Positions 48,248 through 57,375 of a stretch of 64,000 nucleotides of DNA are shown here, piece after piece. The position numbers and the translations under genes were made by a program. The notes below the pieces were generated by a model. That model saw nothing but the letters and a program-made list of their open reading frames with translations, was not told where the DNA came from and searched no databases. This DNA is from Planctomycetota bacterium (GTDB lineage: Bacteria > Planctomycetota > B15-G4 > SIAN01). The stretch's first letter is position 1; each line of letters starts with the position of its first letter. The stretch spans positions 64,001 through 128,000 of the forward strand of contig JANNXA010000050.1 in NCBI GenBank assembly GCA_031409275.1, in the 5' to 3' direction.

Positions 48248-49237
48248 TTGCACGTGCAACGGCTCCCCACGCGCGACGCCCGCTTCGACGCGGCGCGTCT
48301 TCGCGTCGCCGAACCGGCGCCCCACTTCAGCAGCGGCTGGATCGCCTATCGGGAAGCGCAGGGCTACCGGCCGGCATGGCTCCTCTTGTCGAGCCGCGCC
48401 GGAACCCCCGTCGCGTGCGGCGTCGCCTGGGTGAAGCGACCGCGCTGGCGTCCGTGGGTGCGCCCGCACGCGCTGCTCGATCGACTGCCGTGGCCACTCG
48501 TCGGCAGCGATGCCGCGAGCGCAGCGACGCACCAGTCGATCGCGCACGCCCTGGTCGACCACTTCGAACAGGCCGGCTTCGCGCGAGCGGAGATCGAGTC
48601 GTTCGACGGGCCGTGGCCGGCGCCGGACCTTGCGGCGCTCGGCTGCACGAGCCGCGAGCGGCTCGAGTTCCTGCTCGACCTGCGCGCGAAGACGGAGGAG
48701 CGCTTCGCCGCCATCAAATCGAGCCATCGCCGCAAAGTGCGCGACGCGGAAAAGGCGGAAGTGACCGTGGCCGACGAGACCGGCACGACCAGCCTCGCGC
48801 TGCTCCACGAATTGCAGGGCCACACGCAAGAGCGGCGCGAAGGGCGCGGCGAGACGATGTCGCTGCCCGAAGCGCAGCAATACGAACGGCTCGGACGCTG
48901 CTTCGTCGGCGGCGGCAGCGGGCGCCTCTTCGTCGGCCGCAAGGACGGCGCCGCGGTCTCGGCCATCCTGTGCGGCGTCGAAGGGAGTCGCGCCTACTAC
49001 CTGATGGGAGGCACGAGCCCCGCGGGCTTCGCGTGCAACGCCGCCACGATGGTCCTCTGGCGTGCGAGCGTCCTGCTCGCGGAGCGCGGCGTGGTCGAGA
49101 TGAACCTCGGCGGCGTGCCGCGCGAGGCCGAGCAGGAGGGCCACGCCGAGCATGGGCTGTGGCGATTCAAGGAAGGCTTCGGTCCGCGCCGCGTCGAGTG
49201 CCGCAGCGGGGTCTGGCAGCGAGGGACACGACGATGA
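48248..49237 (+). CDS. FemAB/CelD-BcsL-like GNAT-fold protein
   Basis: LLDL…F…HRRKVR.AEK, AYYLMGG, MNLGG, GLWRFKEGFG. Confidence 0.75.
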   Translation: MHVQRLPTRDARFDAARLRVAEPAPHFSSGWIAYREAQGYRPAWLLLSSRAGTPVACGVAWVKRPRWRPWVRPHALLDRLPWPLVGSDAASAATHQSIAHALVDHFEQAGFARAEIESFDGPWPAPDLAALGCTSRERLEFLLDLRAKTEERFAAIKSSHRRKVRDAEKAEVTVADETGTTSLALLHELQGHTQERREGRGETMSLPEAQQYERLGRCFVGGGSGRLFVGRKDGAAVSAILCGVEGSRAYYLMGGTSPAGFACNAATMVLWRASVLLAERGVVEMNLGGVPREAEQEGHAEHGLWRFKEGFGPRRVECRSGVWQRGTRR

Positions 49238-50442
49238 GCCTGCGCGGCCGCGCGCTCCTCGAGCGGATGAAGTGGTCCTGGAAGGGCGCGCCGCTCGCCG
49301 CCGGTTGCGCGTGGCGGGACGGCGCCGGTCTGCGCGCACCGCGCGATCTGCGCGTGCACCTCGACGCGATCCTCGGCTGGATCGAGCGCGGCCACGATGC
49401 GACCGCGCGTGCCGGCGTCGCGCGCAGCTTCGTACTTCGCCGCCACCACCGCTACGGCATCACGGGCTGGCTCCCCGCCTATCCCGAGACCACCGGTTAC
49501 ATCATCCCGACGCTCTACACCGCAGCACGCCAGCTCGGACGTCCAGAGCTTGCGACGCGGGCGAGCGAGATGGCGGAGTGGGAGGCGTCGATCCAGTTGG
49601 CGGACGGCGCCGTGCGTGGCGGCACCGTCGCCGATGCGGTCAGCCCTGCGGTCTTCAACACCGGCCAGGTGCTCTTCGGATGGGTCGCGGCCTACGACGC
49701 GACCGGCGCCGCGCGCTGGCTCGAGTGCGCGGCACGCGCGGGCCGCTGGCTGGTGCAGCAGCAGGATGACGACGGCGCGTGGCGGCGCGGCGCTTCGCAG
49801 TTCGCGGCGGTCGGTGGCCACGTCTACAACGCTCGCGCGGCGTGGGGCCTGGCGCTCTATGGCGTGCGCGCCAACGATGCGGCGGCCAGGCAGGCGGCGC
49901 GGCGTTCGGCCGAGTTCGCCCTGAAGAACCAGCTCGACAATGGCTGGTTCGCCGACAACTGCCTCTCCGATCCGCTCCACCCGCTGACCCACACCATCGC
50001 CTACGCGGCGCAGGGCGTGCTCGAGATCGGGCTGCTGCTGGACGAGGCGCGCTTCGTCGAGGCGGCGCGCAAGACGGCGCGAGGCATCGCCAGCGTCCTC
50101 GGCGCCGACGGCTTCCTGCCGGGTCGGCTCGATCGTGATTGGCATCCGGCCGTCGGCTGGTCGTGCGTGACCGGCGCCGCACAGATGGGACTCGTCTTCG
50201 ATCGCCTCGAAGCGCTGGACCGCAGCGGCCAATGGAGCGCGGCGAGCGACCGCGTGCTGCACCACGCGCTGTCGGCGCAAGACCTCGATGCCAGCGACGG
50301 CGGCGTGCGCGGCGGAGTGCCCGGATCGTTCCCGATCTGGGGCGGCTACGGCAGCTACGAGTACCTCAACTGGGCCGCGAAGTTCCTCGCCGACCTGCTG
50401 CTCGGCCGTCTGGCGGGCACACCGGGTGGCACCGGCGGCTGA
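49234..50442 (+). CDS. Alpha/alpha-toroid (prenyltransferase/squalene-cyclase-like repeat) protein
   Basis: YPETTGYIIPT, IQLADG, FNTGQVLFG, QQDDDGAW, NQLDNGWF, THTIAY, NWAAKF. Confidence 0.72.
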   Translation: MSLRGRALLERMKWSWKGAPLAAGCAWRDGAGLRAPRDLRVHLDAILGWIERGHDATARAGVARSFVLRRHHRYGITGWLPAYPETTGYIIPTLYTAARQLGRPELATRASEMAEWEASIQLADGAVRGGTVADAVSPAVFNTGQVLFGWVAAYDATGAARWLECAARAGRWLVQQQDDDGAWRRGASQFAAVGGHVYNARAAWGLALYGVRANDAAARQAARRSAEFALKNQLDNGWFADNCLSDPLHPLTHTIAYAAQGVLEIGLLLDEARFVEAARKTARGIASVLGADGFLPGRLDRDWHPAVGWSCVTGAAQMGLVFDRLEALDRSGQWSAASDRVLHHALSAQDLDASDGGVRGGVPGSFPIWGGYGSYEYLNWAAKFLADLLLGRLAGTPGGTGG

Positions 50443-50464
50443 CCGCGGCGCGCTCCGCCGTCGA

Positions 50465-50500
50465 CACCAGGAGCGGCACCAGGAGCGGCACCAAGCGCGG
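50465..50500. repeat. Three 12-bp tandem repeats in a convergent intergenic gap
   Basis: caccaggagcgg caccaggagcgg caccaagcgcgg. Confidence 0.6.
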
Positions 50501-50514
50501 CGCGCGGCGCCGAC

Positions 50515-51222
50515 TCAGTCCGTCGCCGTCCCCTGCTGCTCTTCTCCGAGGAGCAGCGACATACGCACGAGCTCGGCAAGGCTGCCCGCTTCCATCTTCT
50601 TCATGACGTTCGCGCGGTGGACCTCGACGGTCTTCGGGCTGAGATGGAGCGACGACCCGACCAGCTTGTTGGGGTTGCCCTGCACCACGAGGTCCATCAC
50701 CTGCTTCTCGCGCGGAGTGAGGGTGGCGCGGCGACGACGGATTTCTTCGTGAGAGGTGCGCGAGCGGCGGCGACGCGCGTCTTCCGTCAGCGCAGCCTCG
50801 ATTCGATCGATCAGGATCTGGCCGCTGAAGGGCTTCTCGATGAAGTCGAACGCGCCTTGGCGCATCGCCTGCACGGCGACCGGCACATCGCCGTAGCCGG
50901 TGACGATCAAGATCGGCATCGCGATCTCGTCGGTGGCCAATCGCTGTTGCAGGGCGAGCCCGCTCATGCCAGGCATCCGGACATCGAGCACCAGGCAGCC
51001 GGCGCGATCGGGATTGGATCCTGCGAGGAACTCGGCGGCGGAGCTGAACGTCTCCACCCGATGACCGCTCGTTTCGAGCAGCTTGCGAATGAGCCGCAGC
51101 AGTGCCGGATCGTCGTCGACGACGTAGACCGCCGGATCGTTCGAGCGAACGACAGGATCGGATCCGGCGATGACCGATTTAGAAGGGCCGCCGCCAGGCA
51201 ACGGGCCGTCACGCATGCTCAT
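50515..51222 (-). CDS. FixJ/LuxR-family response regulator
   Basis: VYVVDDD, LDVRMPGMSG, TGYGDV, FIEKP, LTPRE…G.PNK…SPKTVEVHRANVMKK. Confidence 0.92.
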   Translation of the reverse strand: MSMRDGPLPGGGPSKSVIAGSDPVVRSNDPAVYVVDDDPALLRLIRKLLETSGHRVETFSSAAEFLAGSNPDRAGCLVLDVRMPGMSGLALQQRLATDEIAMPILIVTGYGDVPVAVQAMRQGAFDFIEKPFSGQILIDRIEAALTEDARRRRSRTSHEEIRRRRATLTPREKQVMDLVVQGNPNKLVGSSLHLSPKTVEVHRANVMKKMEAGSLAELVRMSLLLGEEQQGTATD

Positions 51223-51482
51223 GAACTGGTAGCTCCCGCCGAAACCAACACCCCCGCGTTGACTGCAGCACGCTATCCATCCGTGGATGCCAACGTTGCG
51301 TAGGGCGCCCGCAGACGATCGCAAAACGAGTACCGGCGTGAACCTGCGGACTTCGCCGACCGAAACCGGGATTCCCCTCATCGATGCGGAGTCGCGACGG
51401 ACTCCACCCGAAACGACGCCGACGTGTTACGAGTCGGCCGACCCGCAGCAACCATCGGCCGGCTCACCCAACGCGTCGCGGT

Positions 51483-53036
51483 TCACCCGAGCAATCGTTC
51501 GACCCATGCCCGCGGTCCCTGGAACGCGCTGCGCGCGAGGTAGTGCTCTACGCCGCGCAAACCGCCGAGTTCCTCGCCGCCGCCGGCACGACCGGGGCCG
51601 CCATGCAACAAGTCGGGCAGCACCATTCCCGGAGGCAGAGTGATGCCCTCGCTCTTGCTGTCGACGAGGCAAATGCGGCCGACCCACGGCGCGATCGCCT
51701 TCGCTACCGCGCCGCCCCATTCGCGGTCATCGGAATAGACACTGGTAACGAGCATTCCGCCGCCGCGCCGCACCAGCGCGACCGCGTCGGCCGCCGCACC
51801 GGAGTACGGGATCACGGTCGTCACTGGTCCAAAGATCTCATCGCGATGCGCCTCGTCGATCGCCTTCTCGCTCTTCGCGACGAAGACCATCGGACCGCAG
51901 AAGAACCCCTTGCCGGGCGCGATGTCGATCAGCGTCGCCGGTCGTTCCTCGCCAAACGCCACGTCGGCAACGGCGCGCATGCGCTTGCAGCCGGCGTGTA
52001 CATCTTGCATCTGCTGGCGCGTTGCCAACGGACCGACCTCGACGTCGCGGCTCGCCGGATGACCGACCTTGATGGCGCGCACCCGATCGACGAGTTCTTC
52101 GAGGAACGCCGCTAGGTGAGCCTGCGGGACCAGCACGCGCCGCGTCGCGGTGCATTTCTGGCCCGACTTCTCGGTCATCTCGCGCGCGACGTCGCGCAGC
52201 AGCGTCTGCCATGCCGAACTGCCGGGCTCGACGTCCGGCCCCATGACGGCCGCGTTCAAGCTGTCGGCCTCGACGTTCACTCGCACGCCATGTCGCAGCA
52301 GCGCCGGGATCGAGCGCACCGTCGTGCCGGTGCCGCTCGATCCGGTGAAGGCGACGGCGTCCTGCGGTCCCAACCGCTCGAGCAGCGGCGTCACCGTGCC
52401 GAGCAGCTGCTGGAACGCTCCGTCAGGAAGCACATTCGCCGCGACGAGCAGTTCGGCGAGTCGCGCCGCCGTCCACGCCGTCGCCGTCGCCGGCTTGTTG
52501 ATCACCGGCGCGCCGGCCAGCAGCGCGGTCGCCGCCTTCTCCGCGAAACCCCACGCCGGGAAGTTGAAGGCGTTGATGAAGATCGCGACCCCCTCGCGCG
52601 CCACGTAGAGATGGCGGCCTGCGAGCTTCGCGCCGCGACCGATCATGACCGGCTCGCCATCGGCGAGTTCGCGCGCGTCGCCGAGCTTCTTGCCGAGCTC
52701 CGCGTAGGCCTGCAGCGTTCCTGCCGCGCCGTCGATGTCGAACTTGGCGCCGCCGCGCGTCGTGCCACCGTTGGCGACCGACGTCTCGATCAGTTCGTCG
52801 CGATGGTCGGCGATCGTCGCCGCGAGCTTGCCGAGCAGTTCGCCGCGCTGCGCGAAGGTCAGCGCCCGCAAGGCTGGCCCGCCACGCGTACGCGCATGGT
52901 CGAGCACCGCCGCGAAGTCCACACCGCCGCAGCTCGCCTGCGCGCAGACCTCTTCGGTCGCAGGATTCAGCAACGGCACGAGTTCGCCCTTGCCGTGCGC
53001 AAAGGCACCGCAGACGTAGCTGGTCAGGGTCGGCAT
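51483..53036 (-). CDS. Aldehyde dehydrogenase, BoxD/PaaZ-ALDH type (3,4-dehydroadipyl-CoA semialdehyde dehydrogenase-like)
   Basis: FDIDG, INAFNFPAWG, FTGS, EADSLN, KSGQKCTA, EIFGP, HGGPGRAGGGEELGG; no MaoC domain. Confidence 0.85.
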   Translation of the reverse strand: MPTLTSYVCGAFAHGKGELVPLLNPATEEVCAQASCGGVDFAAVLDHARTRGGPALRALTFAQRGELLGKLAATIADHRDELIETSVANGGTTRGGAKFDIDGAAGTLQAYAELGKKLGDARELADGEPVMIGRGAKLAGRHLYVAREGVAIFINAFNFPAWGFAEKAATALLAGAPVINKPATATAWTAARLAELLVAANVLPDGAFQQLLGTVTPLLERLGPQDAVAFTGSSGTGTTVRSIPALLRHGVRVNVEADSLNAAVMGPDVEPGSSAWQTLLRDVAREMTEKSGQKCTATRRVLVPQAHLAAFLEELVDRVRAIKVGHPASRDVEVGPLATRQQMQDVHAGCKRMRAVADVAFGEERPATLIDIAPGKGFFCGPMVFVAKSEKAIDEAHRDEIFGPVTTVIPYSGAAADAVALVRRGGGMLVTSVYSDDREWGGAVAKAIAPWVGRICLVDSKSEGITLPPGMVLPDLLHGGPGRAGGGEELGGLRGVEHYLARSAFQGPRAWVERLLG

Positions 53037-53086
53037 CGGTGGCTCCAGCGGGCGAAGAAGGGGCGGGGAGCTTAGCCTGCGGCGGC

Positions 53087-54118
53087 ATGGACGAACGCCT
53101 CGGGCCTCTCGCACGAAGCTTCACCGCCTGGTCGATCGATGCGCGCGACCACGAGTGCCCGCTCTACGAAGAGCTCGCGGCCCAGGTTGCGCGCGACGAA
53201 GAGATGCTGCGCCTCGCCGAGGAGGTCCGACGCCCCCCCGCGACGAACGTGCTTTTCGCCGCCGTCCACTTCCTGCTGCTCGGTGCGCCGCAAGATCCAA
53301 CCGCTCGCGAACTGGCCCGCTGGTACGGGAGCCTCGTCGCGACGCCGCTGCCGCCCGCGACGGCCTATCCAGCGTTCCGCGCCTTCGTGCTCGAACATCG
53401 AGCCGAACTGGTGCCGCTCCTCCACTCACGCATCACGCAGACGAACGAGACGCGCCGCGCCGCCTACCTGTTGCCGGCGTTCACCGCGATCCATCGCGCG
53501 AGCGGCGGCAGGGCCCTTGCGCTCATCGACATCGGCTGCAGCGCCGGCATCCACCTGCTGTGGGATCGGTTCGCCTACGACTACGGAAGCGCGCGCGCCG
53601 GAGACCCGAACGCGTCGGTCACGATTCGCTGCGAGTTGCGTGGCGCGCAGCCGCTGCCGCTCGACGACCGATTTCCGCTGTGTCCTTGGCGGCTGGGCAT
53701 CGACCTGAATCCGCTCGACCTCACCGATCCCGTCGAGCGCCGCTGGCTCGAATCGCTGATCTGGCCCGACCATGCCGGACGCCGCGCGCTCGCGAAGAGT
53801 GCCATCGCGCAACTGCTGGCCGACCCGCCACGCATCGTCCGTGGCGACGCCGTCGTGGTCCTGGCACGTGAGCTCGAAGCGGTTCCGCCCGAACTCGAGC
53901 TCGTCGTCTACCACTGCCACGCGCTGTGCCAGGCGCTCGCCGAGGAGATCGCCGCTTTCGGCGCGACCCTGCTCGCCCATTCGAGTCGCCGCCGCGTCCA
54001 TTGGCTCGCGTGCGAGGCGGACGAGGTGATCCTGCGCTCGCTCGACCACGGCACGACGGTCGAGCGCCTGCTGGCGAAGAAGGATGGCCACGGCCGCTGG
54101 ATCGAGTGGAAGTCGTGA
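53087..54118 (+). CDS. DUF2332 family protein
   Basis: PLY, AAVHFLL, TQTNE..R, DIGCSAG..L.WDRF, GIDLNP, IWPD, DGHGRW. Confidence 0.8.
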   Translation: MDERLGPLARSFTAWSIDARDHECPLYEELAAQVARDEEMLRLAEEVRRPPATNVLFAAVHFLLLGAPQDPTARELARWYGSLVATPLPPATAYPAFRAFVLEHRAELVPLLHSRITQTNETRRAAYLLPAFTAIHRASGGRALALIDIGCSAGIHLLWDRFAYDYGSARAGDPNASVTIRCELRGAQPLPLDDRFPLCPWRLGIDLNPLDLTDPVERRWLESLIWPDHAGRRALAKSAIAQLLADPPRIVRGDAVVVLARELEAVPPELELVVYHCHALCQALAEEIAAFGATLLAHSSRRRVHWLACEADEVILRSLDHGTTVERLLAKKDGHGRWIEWKS

Positions 54119-54124
54119 AGCGAG

Positions 54125-54751
54125 TCAGTTGAAGCGTCGTGGATCGTCGAGCCAGGGATCGGTCGCGACGTCGGACTCGATCAGCCGCGCGATGATCGCC
54201 TCGCGCTGCGCGCGTGACTCGCAGACGACGACGACGCTCTCCGTCGGCGCATCGTCGGCACGTGCGAACGCGATGATGACGTCGCATTCGTCGGAACGCC
54301 GCCAGGCACGCGCGCGCGGCCACGGCCAGAAGCGACTGCGCCCGCGGTAGCGCAACTCGAGCGCGCCGTGCCAAACGGCCAACGACCCGCGCGACTCCCG
54401 CCAGGCAAGGCGACCGAAGAAGCACGACGCCGGCGCCAGCAGAAAGAGCGCCACGAGGACGACCGGCAGCGGAACGGTCTCGCCATCGCGGTCCGCATCC
54501 GATCGCCGCGCCGCCGACGCCCAAGGCCGCGCGGCGTCCGTCAGATGGCGCCACAACACCCACGCGGCTGGAACGCCAAGGACGAGGCACGCGAGCGCCA
54601 TCGTCGCCGCCCGCGCTCGTGAACCACCCAGCGCGAACAGTCGCGCTCCGAGCCGGCCACGGGCTGGCGACGGCCCCGCGCGCCACCCTTCCGACGGTTC
54701 CGACGGCTCGTCTCGGTCCACCCGTCGCTCCCCGCCCGCCTCGTGGCGCAC
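54125..54751 (-). CDS. Hypothetical membrane protein
   Basis: Two hydrophobic segments plus a PH-like tail; start uncertain. Confidence 0.45.
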   Translation of the reverse strand: MRHEAGGERRVDRDEPSEPSEGWRAGPSPARGRLGARLFALGGSRARAATMALACLVLGVPAAWVLWRHLTDAARPWASAARRSDADRDGETVPLPVVLVALFLLAPASCFFGRLAWRESRGSLAVWHGALELRYRGRSRFWPWPRARAWRRSDECDVIIAFARADDAPTESVVVVCESRAQREAIIARLIESDVATDPWLDDPRRFN

Positions 54752-54881
54752 GCCGCCGCTCGCTGCCGGCCGGCTCGCTCCTCGGCCAACCTCCCCGCGG
54801 ATTGAGCTGCCGGGCGACCGCCAATCGCTCGCGCGACGACGTCTCGCCCGGTCAGCTCCAATCCGCGCTCGAGCGCCTCTC

Positions 54882-56201
54882 TCAGTAGCGGTACCAATCA
54901 CTCTTGTACGGCCCCTGGAGCGGCACGCCGAGGTACTTCGCCTGCTCCTCGCTGAGCTTGCTGAGCTTCACGCCGAGCTTGCCGAGGTGCAGACGGGCGA
55001 CCTCTTCGTCGAGCGTCTTCGGCAGCTTGTGGACACCGACCGCGAGTGGCGGCTTCTGCTGCCACAGCGCGAGTTGCGCCATGACCTGGTTGGTGAAGCT
55101 CGCCGACATGACGAAGCTCGGATGGCCGGTCGCGCAACCGAGGTTCATCAAGCGGCCGCGCGCGAGCAGGATGAGGCTCTTGCCGTTCTTCAAGAAGAAG
55201 CGGTCGACCTGCGGCTTGATCTCTTCTTCGCGCTGGCAGTTCGTCTCCAACCACTTGACATCGATCTCGATGTCGAAGTGGCCGATGTTGCAGACGATCA
55301 CGTTGTCCTTCATCGCCAGCAGGTGGTCGCCGGTGATGACGCCCTTGCAGCCCGTGGTCGTGACGAAGATGTCGCCCTCACGGACGGCGTCCTCCATCGT
55401 GGTGACCTCGTAGCCCTCCATCGCCGCCTGCAGCGCGCAGATCGGGTCGATCTCGGTGATCAGGACGCGCGCCCCGAAGCCTCGCATCGACTGCGCGCAG
55501 CCCTTGCCGACGTCGCCGTAGCCGGCGATGACGACGACCTTGCCGGCGACCATCACGCCGGTGGCGCGCTTCAGACCGTCGGCGAGCGACTCGCGGCAGC
55601 CGTAGAGGTTGTCGAACTTGCTCTTGGTCACCGAGTCGTTGACGTTGATGGCCGGGACCTTGAGCAGCCCCTTCTCGTGCGCCTGATAGAGGCGATGAAC
55701 TCCCGTCGTCGTCTCTTCGCTGACGCCTCGCAGCTCCTTCAGCAGGTGCGGCATCTTCTGGTGCACCATCCACGTGAGGTCGCCGCCGTCATCGAGCAGG
55801 AGGTTCGGCCCCTTGCCGCCGGCGAACTTGAGCGACTCCTCGATGCACCAGTCGTACTCCGCTTCCGTCTCGCCCTTCCAGGCGAAGACCGGGATGCCGC
55901 GCGCGGCGATCGCGGCGGCCGCGTGATCCTCGGTCGAGAAGATGTTGCAGCTGCTCCAGCGCACGTCGGCGCCAAGATCGACGAGCGCCTCGATCAGGAT
56001 CGCGGTCTCGATGGTCATGTGCAGGCAACCGGCGATGCGCGCGCCGGCGAGCGGCTTGCTCTTGCCGTACTTGGCGCGCAACGACATCAGGCCGGGCATC
56101 TCCGGCTCGGAGATCTCGATCTCCTTGCGGCCGGCTGCCGCGAGCGACAGGTCCTTCACCTTGAAGTCCGTGAACTTCGGATCCATGACGAGCGGATTCA
56201 T
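54882..56201 (-). CDS. ahcY: Adenosylhomocysteinase
   Basis: [59 protein letters not shown]. Confidence 0.97.
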   Translation of the reverse strand: MNPLVMDPKFTDFKVKDLSLAAAGRKEIEISEPEMPGLMSLRAKYGKSKPLAGARIAGCLHMTIETAILIEALVDLGADVRWSSCNIFSTEDHAAAAIAARGIPVFAWKGETEAEYDWCIEESLKFAGGKGPNLLLDDGGDLTWMVHQKMPHLLKELRGVSEETTTGVHRLYQAHEKGLLKVPAINVNDSVTKSKFDNLYGCRESLADGLKRATGVMVAGKVVVIAGYGDVGKGCAQSMRGFGARVLITEIDPICALQAAMEGYEVTTMEDAVREGDIFVTTTGCKGVITGDHLLAMKDNVIVCNIGHFDIEIDVKWLETNCQREEEIKPQVDRFFLKNGKSLILLARGRLMNLGCATGHPSFVMSASFTNQVMAQLALWQQKPPLAVGVHKLPKTLDEEVARLHLGKLGVKLSKLSEEQAKYLGVPLQGPYKSDWYRY

Positions 56202-56237
56202 CGCGACTCTCTCCAGTTTGGGCTTCCGGAGCTTGCG

Positions 56238-57257
56238 CTACGGGAGCTCCGGGATTTGGCGGATCGATGCGGGCAGGCCGCGCGCCGCGTCGTTCGCGGC
56301 GTTCTGCGGCACCCGTGCGTGGATCAGGAAAAGCGGCAACGCGACGCGCCGGCCGCCGGGCGCCTCGACGACGTAGGCGTCTTCGACGCGATCGACGGCG
56401 ACGTCGACGAAGCCCGCCTTCTCGGCGCGGCTCTTCAGGTCGGTGGCGTCGAGACCGAGCTTCAAGTCGGCCATCGTCTCGCCCATCCACGCTTCCTTGT
56501 GCGGAAGGAGGTCGGTGATGACGAGACGACCGCCCGGCTTGAGCGCGCGGCGCATGTCGCGCAGCGCGGCGAAGAGGTCGGGGACGTGGTGAAGGACGAG
56601 GCTCGCGAAGATCGCGTCGACCTCGCCATCGGCGAGCGGCAGATGGTCGAGTTCGCCCTGGCGCAGTTCGACGTGGGCGAGGTGGTCGGCCAGGTTCTCG
56701 CGAGCGCGCGCCAGCATCGCGCTCGAGTGGTCGATGGCGATGACGCGGTCGACGACGCGCACCAGCGCGCGCGCCATGTAGCCCGTGCCGCAGCCGACGT
56801 CGGCCACGACGAGGCCGGGCGCGACCAGGCAAGCGAGCGCCCGCCAACGCGCCAGCCCTCGCTCGAACGCGCTGCCGACCATGTCCCATTCGGGCGCGAC
56901 ACGATCGAAGAAGGCGCGGCTCTTGTTGCGCCGCGCTTCCAGAACTGCCCCGAGCCGGGAGAGGTCGTCGGCGCGCCCGTCGATCGCCGCCAGCCGGCTC
57001 TCGATCGCCGCCCACAAGTCGTCGGGCAGCGCTTCGCCGCGCGCCAGCTGAACGAGCACGTGCGCGCCCTCGCGCCGCTCGTCGAGGAGTTGCGCCTCGC
57101 GCAGCACCTTCAGGTGGTTGCTGACGCGCGATTGCGACATCGCCACGGCGCGCGCCAGCTCTCCGACGGCCAGCTCTTCGCGCGCCAACAGGCCGAGCAG
57201 GCGCAGGCGGGTCGGGTCGGCGAGGATCTTCAGGAGGCTGGTCAGCGGGGCGGTCAC
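56238..57257 (-). CDS. sahR: ArsR-HTH plus SAM-binding methyltransferase-fold regulator (SahR-like)
   Basis: LADPTRLRLL…VGEL…QSRVSNHLKVL; SRAFFD, DVGCGTG, LVLHH; directly upstream of ahcY. Confidence 0.85.
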   Translation of the reverse strand: MTAPLTSLLKILADPTRLRLLGLLAREELAVGELARAVAMSQSRVSNHLKVLREAQLLDERREGAHVLVQLARGEALPDDLWAAIESRLAAIDGRADDLSRLGAVLEARRNKSRAFFDRVAPEWDMVGSAFERGLARWRALACLVAPGLVVADVGCGTGYMARALVRVVDRVIAIDHSSAMLARARENLADHLAHVELRQGELDHLPLADGEVDAIFASLVLHHVPDLFAALRDMRRALKPGGRLVITDLLPHKEAWMGETMADLKLGLDATDLKSRAEKAGFVDVAVDRVEDAYVVEAPGGRRVALPLFLIHARVPQNAANDAARGLPASIRQIPELP

Positions 57258-57258
57258 G

Positions 57259-57296
57259 ATTGATGAATCATGACTTCATGACTTGATGATGCAATA
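57259..57296 (-). promoter_or_regulatory. Promoter/operator of sahR-ahcY
   Basis: AT-rich island; TTGCAT-N16-CATGAT 9 nt before the GTG; overlapping (A/T)TCA-N8-TGA(T/C) palindromes. Confidence 0.6.
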
Positions 57297-57375
57297 GGCG
57301 GGTTGTCGGAACGAACGCCCTCTCAACTTGCCCCGCCCAGGAGAGCCGGCCTCTTATGAGTTCGATATCCGAACA

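Noticed and set aside
56202..56237. SAH/SAM riboswitch before ahcY
   Set aside because: The gap is only 36 nt; regulation is better explained by SahR
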